64,000 nucleotides of DNA from a phage: assembly GCA_027263115.1 (NCBI GenBank), contig GCA_027263115.1_3656.1; one strand, written 5' to 3'. Shown piece by piece: positions 29,131 to 38,698 of this stretch; position 1 is the stretch's first letter, and every line of letters starts with the position of its first letter. The notes under the pieces are model-generated. The model searched no databases. It was not told the DNA's origin and saw only the letters and a program-made list of their open reading frames with translations. The translations under genes and the position numbers were made by a program.

Positions 29131-30401
29131 TGAGCGTTATTCAACAATTCGCTAACCCGATGAATCCGCGTGAAACTGTTTTACTGGCTCACGGCATGAT
29201 TAAACGTGTCAGCATCAAGCCTATCAAAGGTGCTGATCCTACAACAGGTATTAAAACCACTGTGTGGCAAGGTAAGAAAATTGAATCCAGCCACACCATC
29301 TCTTTACTGATTTCTGAACTGGATTCCTCTGATAACCTGCTTCAAGGTGGTGAAGAAGTTTGGATCAGCATGGGTGATAAGCTGCTTAAACCGGGGCATC
29401 AAGACTCTGTCTCTGTTAAGATTGATGACAAGTGGGAAACCGTAACGCCAGGATGGATCGTAAATATTCCTTTGAAGGCAAACGAGCATAACGGTAAGAC
29501 CTATTACAAAGGCTCACTGGCTAAGATGGTTAAGCTGGGTGTAGGAGAGGCTCCAGCAGCGACTCAGCAGCAAAAACAGCAACAAGGTGCACAATCACAA
29601 GGCCAGAAGCAGAAACCTCAGCAGAATGCCAATCAGGACGTTTTACGCATCTATGGTGATGTGACTCAGATTGTTGGCAACGTGGTTACTGTTAATGACC
29701 ACAAGATTGGCGAAGGTGCTATGGTTGTAACTGATGAGCAGCTTAAAGACCTGGTGGTAGGTGGTCGTGTTGCAGCCATTGTTGACAAAGACACCGGAAA
29801 CATTATCAGTGGTTTCAAGGCCTATCCTCCTAAGGCAGAGAACGGCACTCAAGGCTCTGGTGGCAAGCGTAAATCCTCTTACGACCCTATCGGTGTGGAA
29901 ACGGGGCATAGCATCAATGCGTTGCAAATCATCCTGGATCGCGGGTTTAAGGTAGACGACCCACTAGGAGTGGCTAAAACACTACACGTAGTCACTATTG
30001 AGCTTAAGAAAGAGTATGCTCAAGCCACCAACCGAACTGAAGATGAAGTAGGTGCCAGTGTCGGTAATGCGGTGTTGAACGCTTGTCGCCGTATTGACAA
30101 GAAAACTAAAGTTGATGATTTTGCAGCGGCAATTACTGCAGAAGCAAAAGATGTCTTGACTAATCTGGCTGAGCCGTTGTACGATTGGATCAAGAACGGT
30201 GCTGGGTCAACTGACCATCAAGAACCTCAGGCTGCCAAACAGGAAGCAGCTCCACAGCAAAACACTGTAGACGCTCCTCCTGTAAATGATGAGGAAGATG
30301 ACCCAATGGATCAGAATCCAGCACAGTATGACTTCTGTGATGACATACCTTTCGCTCCAGTGGGTTTGCAATATGGCAAAAGTAGAATCCACGCATTGTA
30401 A
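29130..30401 (+). CDS. putative ssDNA-binding protein (SSB-like acidic tail)
   Basis: Gln-rich linker and near-C-terminal YDFCDDIPF resembling the E. coli SSB tip MDFDDDIPF, followed by 15 extra residues; OB-fold not confirmed. Confidence 0.4.
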   Translation: MSVIQQFANPMNPRETVLLAHGMIKRVSIKPIKGADPTTGIKTTVWQGKKIESSHTISLLISELDSSDNLLQGGEEVWISMGDKLLKPGHQDSVSVKIDDKWETVTPGWIVNIPLKANEHNGKTYYKGSLAKMVKLGVGEAPAATQQQKQQQGAQSQGQKQKPQQNANQDVLRIYGDVTQIVGNVVTVNDHKIGEGAMVVTDEQLKDLVVGGRVAAIVDKDTGNIISGFKAYPPKAENGTQGSGGKRKSSYDPIGVETGHSINALQIILDRGFKVDDPLGVAKTLHVVTIELKKEYAQATNRTEDEVGASVGNAVLNACRRIDKKTKVDDFAAAITAEAKDVLTNLAEPLYDWIKNGAGSTDHQEPQAAKQEAAPQQNTVDAPPVNDEEDDPMDQNPAQYDFCDDIPFAPVGLQYGKSRIHAL

Positions 30402-30996
30402 GAGGTGCATCAAGTGCGGAGAGGTGAAAAACCTCTCCGAGTTCTACAAACACCCAAAGATGTCTGACGGTCATCTTAATAAGTGCAAAGAGTGTTGTAA
30501 GAAGGCCAGTAGGGAGGCTGACCAGTTTTCCCACGACTCTTCAGAAAAAGGTGTAATACGCGTGTTGTACAAGGCTCAAAAGTGCAACAGCAAGCAAAGA
30601 GGTCACCCTCCTCCGACTTACACCAAAAAAGAGTTTAAGGAGTGGCTATACCTGAACGGTTACAAAGAGTTGTATGACCAGTGGGTAGCCAGCGGATACG
30701 ACAAAAGGAAAAAGCCTTCTTGTGACAGGATAGATGATTTCAAAGGGTACTCTTTTGATAATATCCGTTTAACGACCTGGGGAGAAAATAAAGACAAGCA
30801 GACGGAGGATATTCTGTTGCATAGAAGCACCAGCGGTAGACGGTGTAAAAATGTAAGGAGGCTGGACATGAATGGAAACGTTCTTAAAGAATGGGTATCC
30901 CACAATTCTTGTAGAAGAGAAACCGGAATATGTGTTGATTACTACATTCATGAAAAAATTCCAGCCCCCGATGGATACCTCTACGAATACTTTTAG
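30372..30996 (+). CDS. HNH-like endonuclease with N-terminal zinc ribbon
   Basis: CKRCIKCG...CKEC ribbon and [19 protein letters not shown]...EN motif; start taken at internal ATG 30372. Confidence 0.5.
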
Positions 30997-31011
30997 CACC
31001 TAGTTAACATA

Positions 31012-31040
31012 GCCCTGCCCGAAAGGGTGGGGCATTTTTG
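31012..31040 (+). terminator. intrinsic terminator
   Basis: same gccctgcccgaaagggtggggc hairpin as at 19363, followed by ATTTTTG. Confidence 0.7.
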
Positions 31041-31058
31041 TATAAGGAGATCTAAAAA

Positions 31059-31475
31059 ATGACATTAGAAGATATCATTGTTAAACCTGAGAACTATGAC
31101 CAATACAACCTGTCAACTCAATCTGTAGACCTTGGATGCGCCACGGTCAGTGCGTGGCTGGTTAACGGAAAAGAGCTGGATAAATGCTTAGAAGCTCACA
31201 TGTCTATTAACAAGTTTCTGGATGAAAATACTCACTGGCTTGAGGGTGCAGGAGTATATGCTTCATGGTTGGAAAGTATGGGATTCGACTACCAATCTGA
31301 AGAAGGGTGGTGGAGCTATTTAGCTATCTGCCCAGAGACGCTGCAATGCTTCATGAAATATTCTGAAGATTTGGAGTACCGGGCGGTGGTTGATAGTGCT
31401 ATTGCCCGTTATAGCCGTAAACCTTTTTCCCACGACATTAAAACTGTGGAAGAGTTTGTTGAAGTTTTCTGTTGA
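31059..31475 (+). CDS. hypothetical protein
   Basis: 138-aa ORF with AAGGAGA RBS. Confidence 0.55.
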   Translation: MTLEDIIVKPENYDQYNLSTQSVDLGCATVSAWLVNGKELDKCLEAHMSINKFLDENTHWLEGAGVYASWLESMGFDYQSEEGWWSYLAICPETLQCFMKYSEDLEYRAVVDSAIARYSRKPFSHDIKTVEEFVEVFC

Positions 31476-31500
31476 CACAGGTGGAAAGGTGTGCAATTAT
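31472..31500 (+). promoter_or_regulatory. sigma70-type promoter
   Basis: TTGACA-17nt-AATTAT. Confidence 0.5.
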
Positions 31501-31571
31501 AACTTCATAGAACGGGAGGACGTGATGAACGAAGAAAACTGGGATGTATAACTAACAGGAGGCCACTGCCC

Positions 31572-31769
31572 ATGATTTATCGAATCCGTGTAAGAGAAGA
31601 TGCACCAGGCTGTTACTTTGACTGGCGTGGGTGGTGGTTTCTCCACCCAATGGATGGACTCACAGATAGAATGCTGGATGCTGCCCTTTATACAGATACC
31701 GACATAGAATATAATCTCTATCTGAAGGACGGTATAGATAACGGCCTGTTTGAAGCAATTCCTGTGTAA
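31572..31769 (+). CDS. hypothetical protein
   Basis: 65-aa ORF with AGGAGG RBS. Confidence 0.5.
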   Translation: MIYRIRVREDAPGCYFDWRGWWFLHPMDGLTDRMLDAALYTDTDIEYNLYLKDGIDNGLFEAIPV

Positions 31770-31837
31770 GAGACTGTGATAGCTATGTTTTATGATCTTC
31801 CTGTAGCACCACCACCTGTTGAACCCGGAGAACTAAG

Positions 31838-32263
31838 ATGATCTATGAAATGCCAAAACTGATTCGTGACGATGCCCAAAACGCCCACACCTTTATCATG
31901 GGCAAGCGCATGGATATTATTTGTCATAAAGATTTCTGGGAAGGTAGTTACTTCACAGAATATTTTGGTAAACTGGATAATGGTCTGCTGATCCAGTTCT
32001 ACACCGATGCGGAAAACAATATCTGCTGGGAGTTCGAAACTGAAGATATCCATAAACTTTTCACCTTCCTAGGTATTAAGGTTGAGGCCAAGTTTGAAGA
32101 AGGCGAGTGCGACGATTGTGGATTCTACGAGGTAACAGATTTCTATCTCCCAAGTGGTGAGAACCTTTACTATGAAAGCCACTTCGGCAACTCAAATATG
32201 CCACAAGGTTGGGATGAGTTTTTTGAAATTGCGGAAGAGGAGCTGACATACCGTGATTATTGA
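31838..32263 (+). CDS. hypothetical protein
   Basis: 141-aa ORF. Confidence 0.5.
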   Translation: MIYEMPKLIRDDAQNAHTFIMGKRMDIICHKDFWEGSYFTEYFGKLDNGLLIQFYTDAENNICWEFETEDIHKLFTFLGIKVEAKFEEGECDDCGFYEVTDFYLPSGENLYYESHFGNSNMPQGWDEFFEIAEEELTYRDY

Positions 32264-32711
32264 TACTGTAGCGGGAGATTTAATCTCCCTTTTTAAGAGC
32301 GGTGCTGGTCACCTGATCCACGGTTGTAACTGCTTTCATACAATGGGTGCAGGCATAGCGAAAGATATTGCCCGTGAGTTCCCTCAAGCACTGGCAGCCG
32401 ACAAAGAGACTGCCTATGGTAATCTGGACAAGCTGGGTATGTTTTCTTGTTGGGAGCATTTTGCCAAGAACAGGGTCGTATATGGAATCAACCTGTATAC
32501 CCAGTTCTACCCAGGGCCCAATGCTGAATACTTCTCAATAATGAAAGGTTTTGAGCGAGTCAACGAGGTATTCAAAGGTGTGTCATTGCCGTTCTACATT
32601 CCTAAAATTGGATGCGGTATTGGCGGTCTAAAGTGGGAACATGTAGAAGATGTAATTAATCTTGCAACCACAGATATTGATGTGGTTGTAGTAGAGTACA
32701 AAAAGTGTTGA
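32253..32711 (+). CDS. macro-domain protein (ADP-ribose binding or hydrolase fold)
   Basis: GDLISL...LIHGCNCFHTMGAGIAKDI..FP and later IPKIGCGIGGL resemble the macro-domain N-A-A-N / GGGV and ISTGIYG blocks. Confidence 0.6.
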   Translation: MIIDTVAGDLISLFKSGAGHLIHGCNCFHTMGAGIAKDIAREFPQALAADKETAYGNLDKLGMFSCWEHFAKNRVVYGINLYTQFYPGPNAEYFSIMKGFERVNEVFKGVSLPFYIPKIGCGIGGLKWEHVEDVINLATTDIDVVVVEYKKC

Positions 32712-32961
32712 CGACCATCTTCTGAGGTGATATAGTTTCCACAACAACTAAGAGAGGAGAGCACTGTGGAGACTAAAATCTTAATTCTTGCTGTGGTAGA
32801 TACAACCGAAGGAGCTATATTCGAATCTGCAGGGGGGTATTTCTACCTACCATACGGAAAAAGAACTTCCGAGCCAAGTAAAGATTCAATCCTCAAGGTG
32901 TTCCCGTGTGCTTTCTGGCTGGAGATTTTGGTATAAGATTGCAGAGGATTTGGGAGAGAAT

Positions 32962-33157
32962 TATGAGAAACAAGAAAGAGCTTTACTCTGGTGAGTGGAT
33001 CAACGATCAACAGGTGGGAGAGGTAACCTGCTTCAGATGTTTTACCAGGTACAATCTTAAAACTGCACCAAAAAGTGTTCCAAAGACTGATGGTTATTAC
33101 ATAAAAGAACCTCATTGCCCAAAATGTAAATGCCGATTGTACTGGAGCAATCTGTAA
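32962..33157 (+). CDS. small zinc-ribbon protein
   Basis: CFRC...CPKCKC; ATG start at 32962 within track ORF 32906-33157. Confidence 0.45.
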
Positions 33158-33161
33158 GAGG

Positions 33162-33189
33162 TTGACATCTGAAAACTGCAGTGTATAAT
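33162..33189 (+). promoter_or_regulatory. sigma70-type promoter
   Basis: TTGACA-16nt-TATAAT. Confidence 0.7.
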
Positions 33190-33220
33190 ATACGCATAAA
33201 CTAACAGAGAGCGATGTATT

Positions 33221-33412
33221 ATGGTAATTTTTAACCGGGATGGTATCATAGTTAGACAGCACCCGTTCCTTGAATACTATCAAATTGAGCAATGGTGCTA
33301 CGGGGATTGCAATCACTCCTATGGGCAAAGTTGGGGATATCGTACAGTTTTTGAATCAACAGATCTTGACAAAGTAAGACAGAGAGTTTTAGAACTTATT
33401 AACAACAAGTGA
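33221..33412 (+). CDS. hypothetical protein
   Basis: 63-aa ORF. Confidence 0.5.
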   Translation: MVIFNRDGIIVRQHPFLEYYQIEQWCYGDCNHSYGQSWGYRTVFESTDLDKVRQRVLELINNK

Positions 33413-33419
33413 GTATGAT

Positions 33420-33755
33420 ATGGTAACATTAGAAAGACGTAAAGCTATCGCCGCCACACTGGCAGACATCTTTTGGGAGTGCAATTTAAAAGATACCCGA
33501 TATTGTGGCGCATCTGTAGATGCATTATTCCCACGGCCCACTATTGTTGCAATGGGAAACCTGTCAAACGTGGTGTATGGAGCATGGGACAAAGAAGGTG
33601 GATTTTATATCTGGCAACCTGACTACGGGACCTGGAAAGAGGTAAGGGGTGCGGATGACTTTGGGCCTGCAGTTGCCAAAACGATGGATGGCTGGCAAAT
33701 TTATGTTGGAAATGACATGAAGCTGAAAGGCGAGATTGTTTACTGGTTACCTTAA
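33420..33755 (+). CDS. hypothetical protein
   Basis: 111-aa ORF. Confidence 0.5.
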   Translation: MVTLERRKAIAATLADIFWECNLKDTRYCGASVDALFPRPTIVAMGNLSNVVYGAWDKEGGFYIWQPDYGTWKEVRGADDFGPAVAKTMDGWQIYVGNDMKLKGEIVYWLP

Positions 33756-33775
33756 GAAAGTGCAGGAGATAAAGT

Positions 33776-34021
33776 ATGAACAAAGGGTGGACATTTGTAG
33801 ACGGCGTTGAAAACATGCCTCTAGGAAAGTATATTGTAGCCATGGCAGATGAGAATGGCAAGGTTGATTTCGGAGCTTGCGAGATTGTTCTTGCAGGATC
33901 TGGTGACCATGTGCACAAAACTGGGATAATTAACGGTCATTTCTACTTTGATTACAACCCTGTTGTGGCGTATATGGCTATGCCAGAGTTAGAGCTCCCA
34001 AAGGAGGGTGCAGATGTTTAA
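33776..34021 (+). CDS. hypothetical protein
   Basis: 81-aa ORF with GCAGGAG RBS. Confidence 0.5.
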   Translation: MNKGWTFVDGVENMPLGKYIVAMADENGKVDFGACEIVLAGSGDHVHKTGIINGHFYFDYNPVVAYMAMPELELPKEGADV

Positions 34022-34211
34022 GCTTAAATCTGCATGGAACATCGCTGTGGGGGACGAGATCCGCATCCCAGGTGGAAAGACCATTATGAAGATATCACGT
34101 ATCGAGTATGAAGGTGATCGTGTATTTCATATCTTTGCAGAAGATGGTCGAGAAATTTATATACAGGCAGGCTCTCACATCTATATCCATAAGAAAGGGG
34201 ACGACAAATGA
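34014..34211 (+). CDS. hypothetical protein
   Basis: ATG after AAGGAGGG RBS. Confidence 0.45.
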   Translation: MFKLKSAWNIAVGDEIRIPGGKTIMKISRIEYEGDRVFHIFAEDGREIYIQAGSHIYIHKKGDDK

Positions 34212-34540
34212 CAGAGATCATCGTTTCAACTGCAGGGTATGTATTCCTGACAATCATTGCGTTGGCTATTCTGGTGGCGGTGTATGGATTTGTTATCCTG
34301 CCTATTCTTGAGACATTTAGCTTGTGTCGGTGTTGGAGAAAAGCTTACGGACCACAACCGTGGAAAGACTGGTTTCATTTGGTGCGTATAGCGTTCTCTT
34401 ATGCCTATGATCACTCCAGCAGTGCATGCGTAACCGGGTACCATGCCTACAACTGGAACTGGGAAGGGCTGGGGAGATGGACTGTTACAAAAACTATACC
34501 CTTACGGTTGTATAAAGGAAAGAACACACTGGGAGCCTGA
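34208..34540 (+). CDS. hypothetical membrane protein
   Basis: N-terminal hydrophobic helix VFLTIIALAILVAVYGFVILPIL. Confidence 0.5.
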   Translation: MTEIIVSTAGYVFLTIIALAILVAVYGFVILPILETFSLCRCWRKAYGPQPWKDWFHLVRIAFSYAYDHSSSACVTGYHAYNWNWEGLGRWTVTKTIPLRLYKGKNTLGA

Positions 34541-34570
34541 TATTTTAAGTTATCAGGTTGCCAGAGATCA

Positions 34571-34605
34571 GGAGGATTTCTAAAATGGATTTCCTCCTTT
34601 TGATA
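34571..34605 (+). terminator. intrinsic terminator
   Basis: ggagga...tcctcc hairpin followed by TTTT. Confidence 0.5.
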
Positions 34606-34839
34606 TTTTACCTACCAGGATATTTTAAAATCCTTAGAAAATCAGAAAATGGATCGAAAACTAAAATGGATTTTTCAGAGCAGGCACGACGAGATGAACC
34701 ACTCATCCTATCGTCTGCACCATATTCCAGACCACCATTACAGATTTCCCGCACATGCTCACACCCTTCTACTAGAACTTCCCCCACTTACCCTTGACCT
34801 TTTATAGTAATAATCCAACCACTACCTTGAAGTTGTGGC

Positions 34840-35110
34840 GCAGCTTTCCAAGTACTCGATCTGTTTTTCGTTTCAAAGATTGAATTTTCTGAAAATTTTT
34901 CTCGATAAATTTCTCAGTACTCGATCTGTTTTTCGTTTTCTGAATCTGATTTTCTGGAAATCGTTCCGGCTCTCGACCTGAAATTTTTGGGGACGAAATC
35001 GATTTTTCGTTTTCAGAAATGGATTTTTAAAATTTCTATATGGGAATATTTTAGTGGATACTATTTTATAGGAAATTGTTACGGAGGGTAATTAGCGTGC
35101 TAATTAAATT
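34840..35110. repeat. non-coding direct-repeat region
   Basis: 23-bp direct repeat agtactcgatctgtttttcgttt at 34851 and 34916; tttttcgttttc motifs; palindrome taattagcgtgctaatta at 35089-35106. Confidence 0.6.
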
Positions 35111-35175
35111 TATTAAATGCGAGGAGTTCTCATTTAGAATTTTGAATGATAATCATTCTCGTTTGCAGAATAACG

Positions 35176-35198
35176 GGCAGGCCCGGTGATTGTCTCCC
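35176..35198 (+). repeat. copy A of palindromic ggcaggcccggtgattgtctccc element
   Basis: 23 bp identical to the reverse complement of part of 44620-44662. Confidence 0.6.
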
Positions 35199-35314
35199 GG
35201 CCCCTACTGCCCCGGCTTGTTATTATAGTAACACACAGGACAAAGAAAGCAAGAAGTTTTTGCATAAATTTTTAGACGATAATGATAATCGTTCTCATTT
35301 CATGCAGCGCCCAT

Positions 35315-35351
35315 CCCCGGTGGTTGTCTCCCCCGTCACCGGTGCCTGCCG
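35315..35351 (+). repeat. copy B of the same palindromic element (right half)
   Basis: ccccggtggttgtctcccccgtcaccggtgcctgccg, about 90 percent identical to the reverse complement of 44620-44662. Confidence 0.55.
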
Positions 35352-35554
35352 TCCTTTCGATAGGTATATTTTGCCACCTGGCGGGGCCGCTGTCAACACT
35401 TTTCAAAAAAATTTCTAACCTGATGCGCTGACCGCTGCAACCTGGCGGGGCCAGCCTGGCAGGGCCTAACTGACCAGGTAGGAGAGAATGAAGGCTTGCA
35501 AACCTGGTGGGCCTATGCTATAGGATAGGTAACAATTGAAGAGGAGGTACAAAA

Positions 35555-35731
35555 ATGGAAGGTAATATGATCCCCCTGGAAAATGTAGCTATTAATGACG
35601 CTGAGGCTATCGCCCTGGTTGAAAAGGCTATGGCGGGAGCGTTGGAACATAAAGAAGAGTACGAAAAAATGATGGTTAACCTGGCAGGGGCGGCGGCTGG
35701 AGAATTCTACCCAAAAAATAATTTTAACTAA
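35555..35731 (+). CDS. small hypothetical protein (58 aa)
   Basis: ATG 8 nt after GAGGAGG; below the ORF-track length cutoff. Confidence 0.45.
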   Translation: MEGNMIPLENVAINDAEAIALVEKAMAGALEHKEEYEKMMVNLAGAAAGEFYPKNNFN

Positions 35732-35734
35732 TGG

Positions 35735-35763
35735 TTGACAGCTCGGACAGTTCTTGTTATTCT
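35735..35763 (+). promoter_or_regulatory. sigma70-type promoter
   Basis: TTGACA-17nt-TATTCT. Confidence 0.5.
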
Positions 35764-35816
35764 TATCCTCGCAAGGTGAACAACACCACACTAATTAACA
35801 GAGAGGATAAAAAATC

Positions 35817-36014
35817 ATGAACGCCTACGGAATTAAAGTACGTCGCAACACTCGCCAGGTGGTCACCAATCAAGTGATTTGCCGGGTGGATGTAACCATC
35901 AACAACGGGCAAGGCCTTTATAAATTTCGTCGCGGTCATAGCTATACCCTGCAACAGCTTAACCGTTGCGCCCTGACAAAAGGTCAGATCAACCACTGGT
36001 TTAATAAAAAATAA
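35817..36014 (+). CDS. hypothetical protein
   Basis: 65-aa ORF with AGAGAGGA RBS. Confidence 0.55.
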   Translation: MNAYGIKVRRNTRQVVTNQVICRVDVTINNGQGLYKFRRGHSYTLQQLNRCALTKGQINHWFNKK

Positions 36015-36016
36015 TG

Positions 36017-36045
36017 TTGACATATGGTCTGACACAAAATACACT
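36017..36045 (+). promoter_or_regulatory. sigma70-type promoter
   Basis: TTGACA-17nt-TACACT. Confidence 0.55.
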
Positions 36046-36077
36046 GAAATCGCAAAAGACACTAAGAGGATAAAATC

Positions 36078-36476
36078 ATGAAAACCACTACCTTTAATTT
36101 TGATAATGCGGACTTTTCTTTTTCTGATGTCAAGAACTGCCGCCGTGATCGTGGATTTTACAAGGCTTATAATCTGGTGGGCCTGGACGATGACAATAAT
36201 TTGCACGAAGTAGCTGAGATCCGGTATTATGCCGCCGCCAGTGGTAACACTCACTACTGCGTGTTTTGGATTCACGACAACAAGAACAATAAGTACGGTT
36301 ATACTGGCGGCAAGGCGAGCGGTCACGGTTACGATAAAGCTAACGCAGCACTTGAGAGTGCATTAAATGCTATGGGGATCACTGCCGACGGCTGGATCTA
36401 CGAAGAAGAGTTTTTGTCGGCACTTGCTGACCACCTGGGCTATAAAAAGCACATTGTGACATGCGCCCACGAATAA
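36078..36476 (+). CDS. hypothetical protein
   Basis: 132-aa ORF with AAGAGGA RBS. Confidence 0.55.
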   Translation: MKTTTFNFDNADFSFSDVKNCRRDRGFYKAYNLVGLDDDNNLHEVAEIRYYAAASGNTHYCVFWIHDNKNNKYGYTGGKASGHGYDKANAALESALNAMGITADGWIYEEEFLSALADHLGYKKHIVTCAHE

Positions 36477-36483
36477 AAATCAT

Positions 36484-36511
36484 TGACACGCTGCAAAATT
36501 TAAGTAAACTA
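36484..36511 (+). promoter_or_regulatory. sigma70-type promoter
   Basis: TTGACA-16nt-TAAACT. Confidence 0.55.
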
Positions 36512-36558
36512 GACACAAAAGGCGGGGATGTTTCCCGCCAGCACAAAGGAAAAAGATC

Positions 36559-36954
36559 ATGAATAAGAACGTACGCCGCATCATGAACGAACTGGCAAAC
36601 GATGAAAAAATTATTGACATGCATTTATTCAACATTTGCCGCCGTTGTGTAACATATAACAACCGCGCCGCAAAAGCGCGTGAGATGAATGCGAAAGGCA
36701 CCTTAAAGCCCTTTCAGGTGGTTGTAAAATCTATAACCAGTGCAGCAGGCCAGGCGCATGACCACAACAACGAGAGCGCTAATATTGATCCGTCTTACGT
36801 AATGAAACGGATCCGGACTTGCAAGAATAAAGAGCAGGTGTATAACGTCATAGATTGGCTGGACTCCCTGGGTGATGTGGTTTACAATAGGTTTTCTGCA
36901 GCTATCGAGATCCAGCTTGACAGATTGGACGGGAAAGTACTGAAAACTTACTGA
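36559..36954 (+). CDS. hypothetical protein
   Basis: 131-aa ORF with AAAGGAAA RBS. Confidence 0.55.
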   Translation: MNKNVRRIMNELANDEKIIDMHLFNICRRCVTYNNRAAKAREMNAKGTLKPFQVVVKSITSAAGQAHDHNNESANIDPSYVMKRIRTCKNKEQVYNVIDWLDSLGDVVYNRFSAAIEIQLDRLDGKVLKTY

Positions 36955-37002
36955 GTTTATTTTTAGATGGCCTTGACTCCAGGGCCATCAATAAAGTAAA
37001 CT
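36955..37002 (+). promoter_or_regulatory. repeated palindromic promoter-like element, copy 1
   Basis: tttatttttagatggccttgactccagggccatcaataaagtaaac; 7-bp stem gatggcc/ggccatc with TTGACT in the loop and TAAACT about 18 nt downstream. Confidence 0.5.
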
Positions 37003-37033
37003 AACCACAGTTGAGCGGAAAGGGGGCTTAAAG

Positions 37034-37153
37034 ATGAGTACTACACGCCAGCACACAAAGGTAACTATTATCGTTTGCATCATTGGTTACATCCTGGCGC
37101 AAATGTTGATGGGTAGCGCCAACGGTATCGCAAAATTTTTCTTAAACTTTTAA
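37034..37153 (+). CDS. small hydrophobic peptide (39 aa)
   Basis: AAAGGGGG RBS; predicted single TM helix; C-terminal SANGI motif shared with the 43512 peptide. Confidence 0.4.
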   Translation: MSTTRQHTKVTIIVCIIGYILAQMLMGSANGIAKFFLNF

Positions 37154-37181
37154 TTGACAAGCTAACTTAGATCAGTATACT
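37154..37181 (+). promoter_or_regulatory. sigma70-type promoter
   Basis: TTGACA-16nt-TATACT. Confidence 0.65.
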
Positions 37182-37231
37182 AAACACATAAACGGGAAAA
37201 CTTCCCAGAACACACAAAAGGAGAAAACACC

Positions 37232-37573
37232 ATGACTACTATGACCGCCGCAGAAAAAGCTATGCAGATCGCCGCGCTGAAAAAACAGATCGCAGACCTT
37301 GAGAATAAGATCGATAACTTTGAAATCGACGAGGACAAGTACGACGAAAACTATGATGAATGGTTAGACGAGATCTACGGCGAAATTATGATCGGAAACA
37401 TTTCTTTTCTTCCGTCGCGTATCCTCAAGGAGCTAGATCCTATCGCTTACCGCTGCGGATTTAGCGACTACATCGACAGCTTGGATATTGAGGACGATGA
37501 AGAATACCAGGAATTGCATACAGAGCTTGAAGAAGTGAAAGAAGAGCTTGCAGAACTGGAAGAAAACGAGTAA
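37232..37573 (+). CDS. hypothetical acidic coiled-coil protein
   Basis: 113-aa ORF with AAGGAGA RBS. Confidence 0.55.
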   Translation: MTTMTAAEKAMQIAALKKQIADLENKIDNFEIDEDKYDENYDEWLDEIYGEIMIGNISFLPSRILKELDPIAYRCGFSDYIDSLDIEDDEEYQELHTELEEVKEELAELEENE

Positions 37574-37620
37574 ATTTATTTTTAGATGGCCTTGACTCCA
37601 GGGCCATCAATAAAGTAAAC
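37574..37620 (+). promoter_or_regulatory. repeated palindromic promoter-like element, copy 2
   Basis: identical to the 36955 element; immediately follows a stop codon. Confidence 0.5.
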
Positions 37621-37662
37621 TTTATACTGTTAACACTGAACTAATGCATAGGAGTTAAAACC

Positions 37663-37908
37663 ATGGCAGCACTAATCACCAAATATTATGCCCCTACCAA
37701 CACCAAAAGCGCCCGTATCATGGTAAAAGGCTTCGGACGTAAAAAGGTTTACACCTGGGATTATGCCTTAGACACGGAAGACAACTACACCAACGCGATG
37801 ACCGATTTTATTAATGACCTGAACACGCGGATCTTGACAAATTATCAAATTACCGATATTGCCTATATAGGGGAAGGCGGGATCTGTTTTGTCGGTATCG
37901 TCAAATAA
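37663..37908 (+). CDS. hypothetical protein
   Basis: 81-aa ORF with TAGGAG RBS. Confidence 0.55.
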   Translation: MAALITKYYAPTNTKSARIMVKGFGRKKVYTWDYALDTEDNYTNAMTDFINDLNTRILTNYQITDIAYIGEGGICFVGIVK

Positions 37909-37983
37909 GCTGGTTTTTCGGTGGTCCTGGTAGCAGGGCCATCTATAAAGATAGTTTATCAACACAATGAAAGGAGAAAGTAC

Positions 37984-38331
37984 ATGATCAGCGGGGCTAG
38001 TTTTATTATTGGCGCTATTGCTACGGCTTTAATTGTAAACAAGATCCAGGATAAAAAGGAAAGTACCGCCCTTGCAGAATATCCATTTTGGACATTCAAC
38101 GATAATGAAGATTATATTATAAAGTATAAAAATAAAGAAGGTGACCAAGTAACACCGCGACCGATCCCGGCTTACAAAATGCAGGAAACACTGTACCGCC
38201 TGGAAGCGGGGGGCGCAAAAATTGTAGACTTTTGGGGATACGATCACACAGATCAGGAAGTTATAAAGCGCCGTATCCGGGCTATTCAGGCCAATATTGA
38301 AGTTAGCAAGGGGGGAATATATGAAGATTAA
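37984..38331 (+). CDS. hypothetical membrane-anchored protein
   Basis: ATG after AAAGGAGA; N-terminal hydrophobic helix; track start 37921 less likely. Confidence 0.5.
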   Translation: MISGASFIIGAIATALIVNKIQDKKESTALAEYPFWTFNDNEDYIIKYKNKEGDQVTPRPIPAYKMQETLYRLEAGGAKIVDFWGYDHTDQEVIKRRIRAIQANIEVSKGGIYED

Positions 38332-38518
38332 TTTTGAGAAGATTGTAAAGCGATCTCATGATTCCGAAGATCTGCCGGAACGACGCCAGCGTAACAATAA
38401 ACTGAATAAGCCAAAAAGATTTGGGAAGATCTGGCGAAATCATTATGATCGTAAACTGCCGGGCCTGCTTTTGGAACGTGAACGACAGGCGGAACGATAC
38501 CGCCACAAAGACAAATAG
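38321..38518 (+). CDS. small basic protein
   Basis: ATG after AAGGGGGG; Arg/Lys-rich. Confidence 0.45.
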   Translation: MKINFEKIVKRSHDSEDLPERRQRNNKLNKPKRFGKIWRNHYDRKLPGLLLERERQAERYRHKDK

Positions 38519-38526
38519 CAACCAAC

Positions 38527-38551
38527 GCCCCGCCATTGTGCGGGGCTTTTT
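38527..38551 (+). terminator. intrinsic terminator
   Basis: gccccgc-cattgt-gcggggc hairpin followed by TTTTT. Confidence 0.7.
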
Positions 38552-38698
38552 ATTTCTATCCCGCCGATAGCGCCCCTGGTTGGCCCTACAAGCGCCATAA
38601 AGGCCCCTACCTATGCAATCCCCTTTATTAACCTGAAAACATCGCCCAGGGCCGTTTTATGGTGTTAAAATATTATTGATAGTTATTTTATTTAAAGC

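Noticed and set aside
34558-34797. 79-aa ORF on the plus strand
   Set aside because: Its start overlaps the terminator hairpin at about 34571-34605 and the AAATGGATTT repeats; no RBS; low-complexity product.
35146-35418. 90-aa ORF on the plus strand
   Set aside because: It spans two imperfect DNA direct repeats (giving an internally repeated peptide), has no RBS, and lies in a promoter/operator-rich non-coding region; treated as a repeat artefact.
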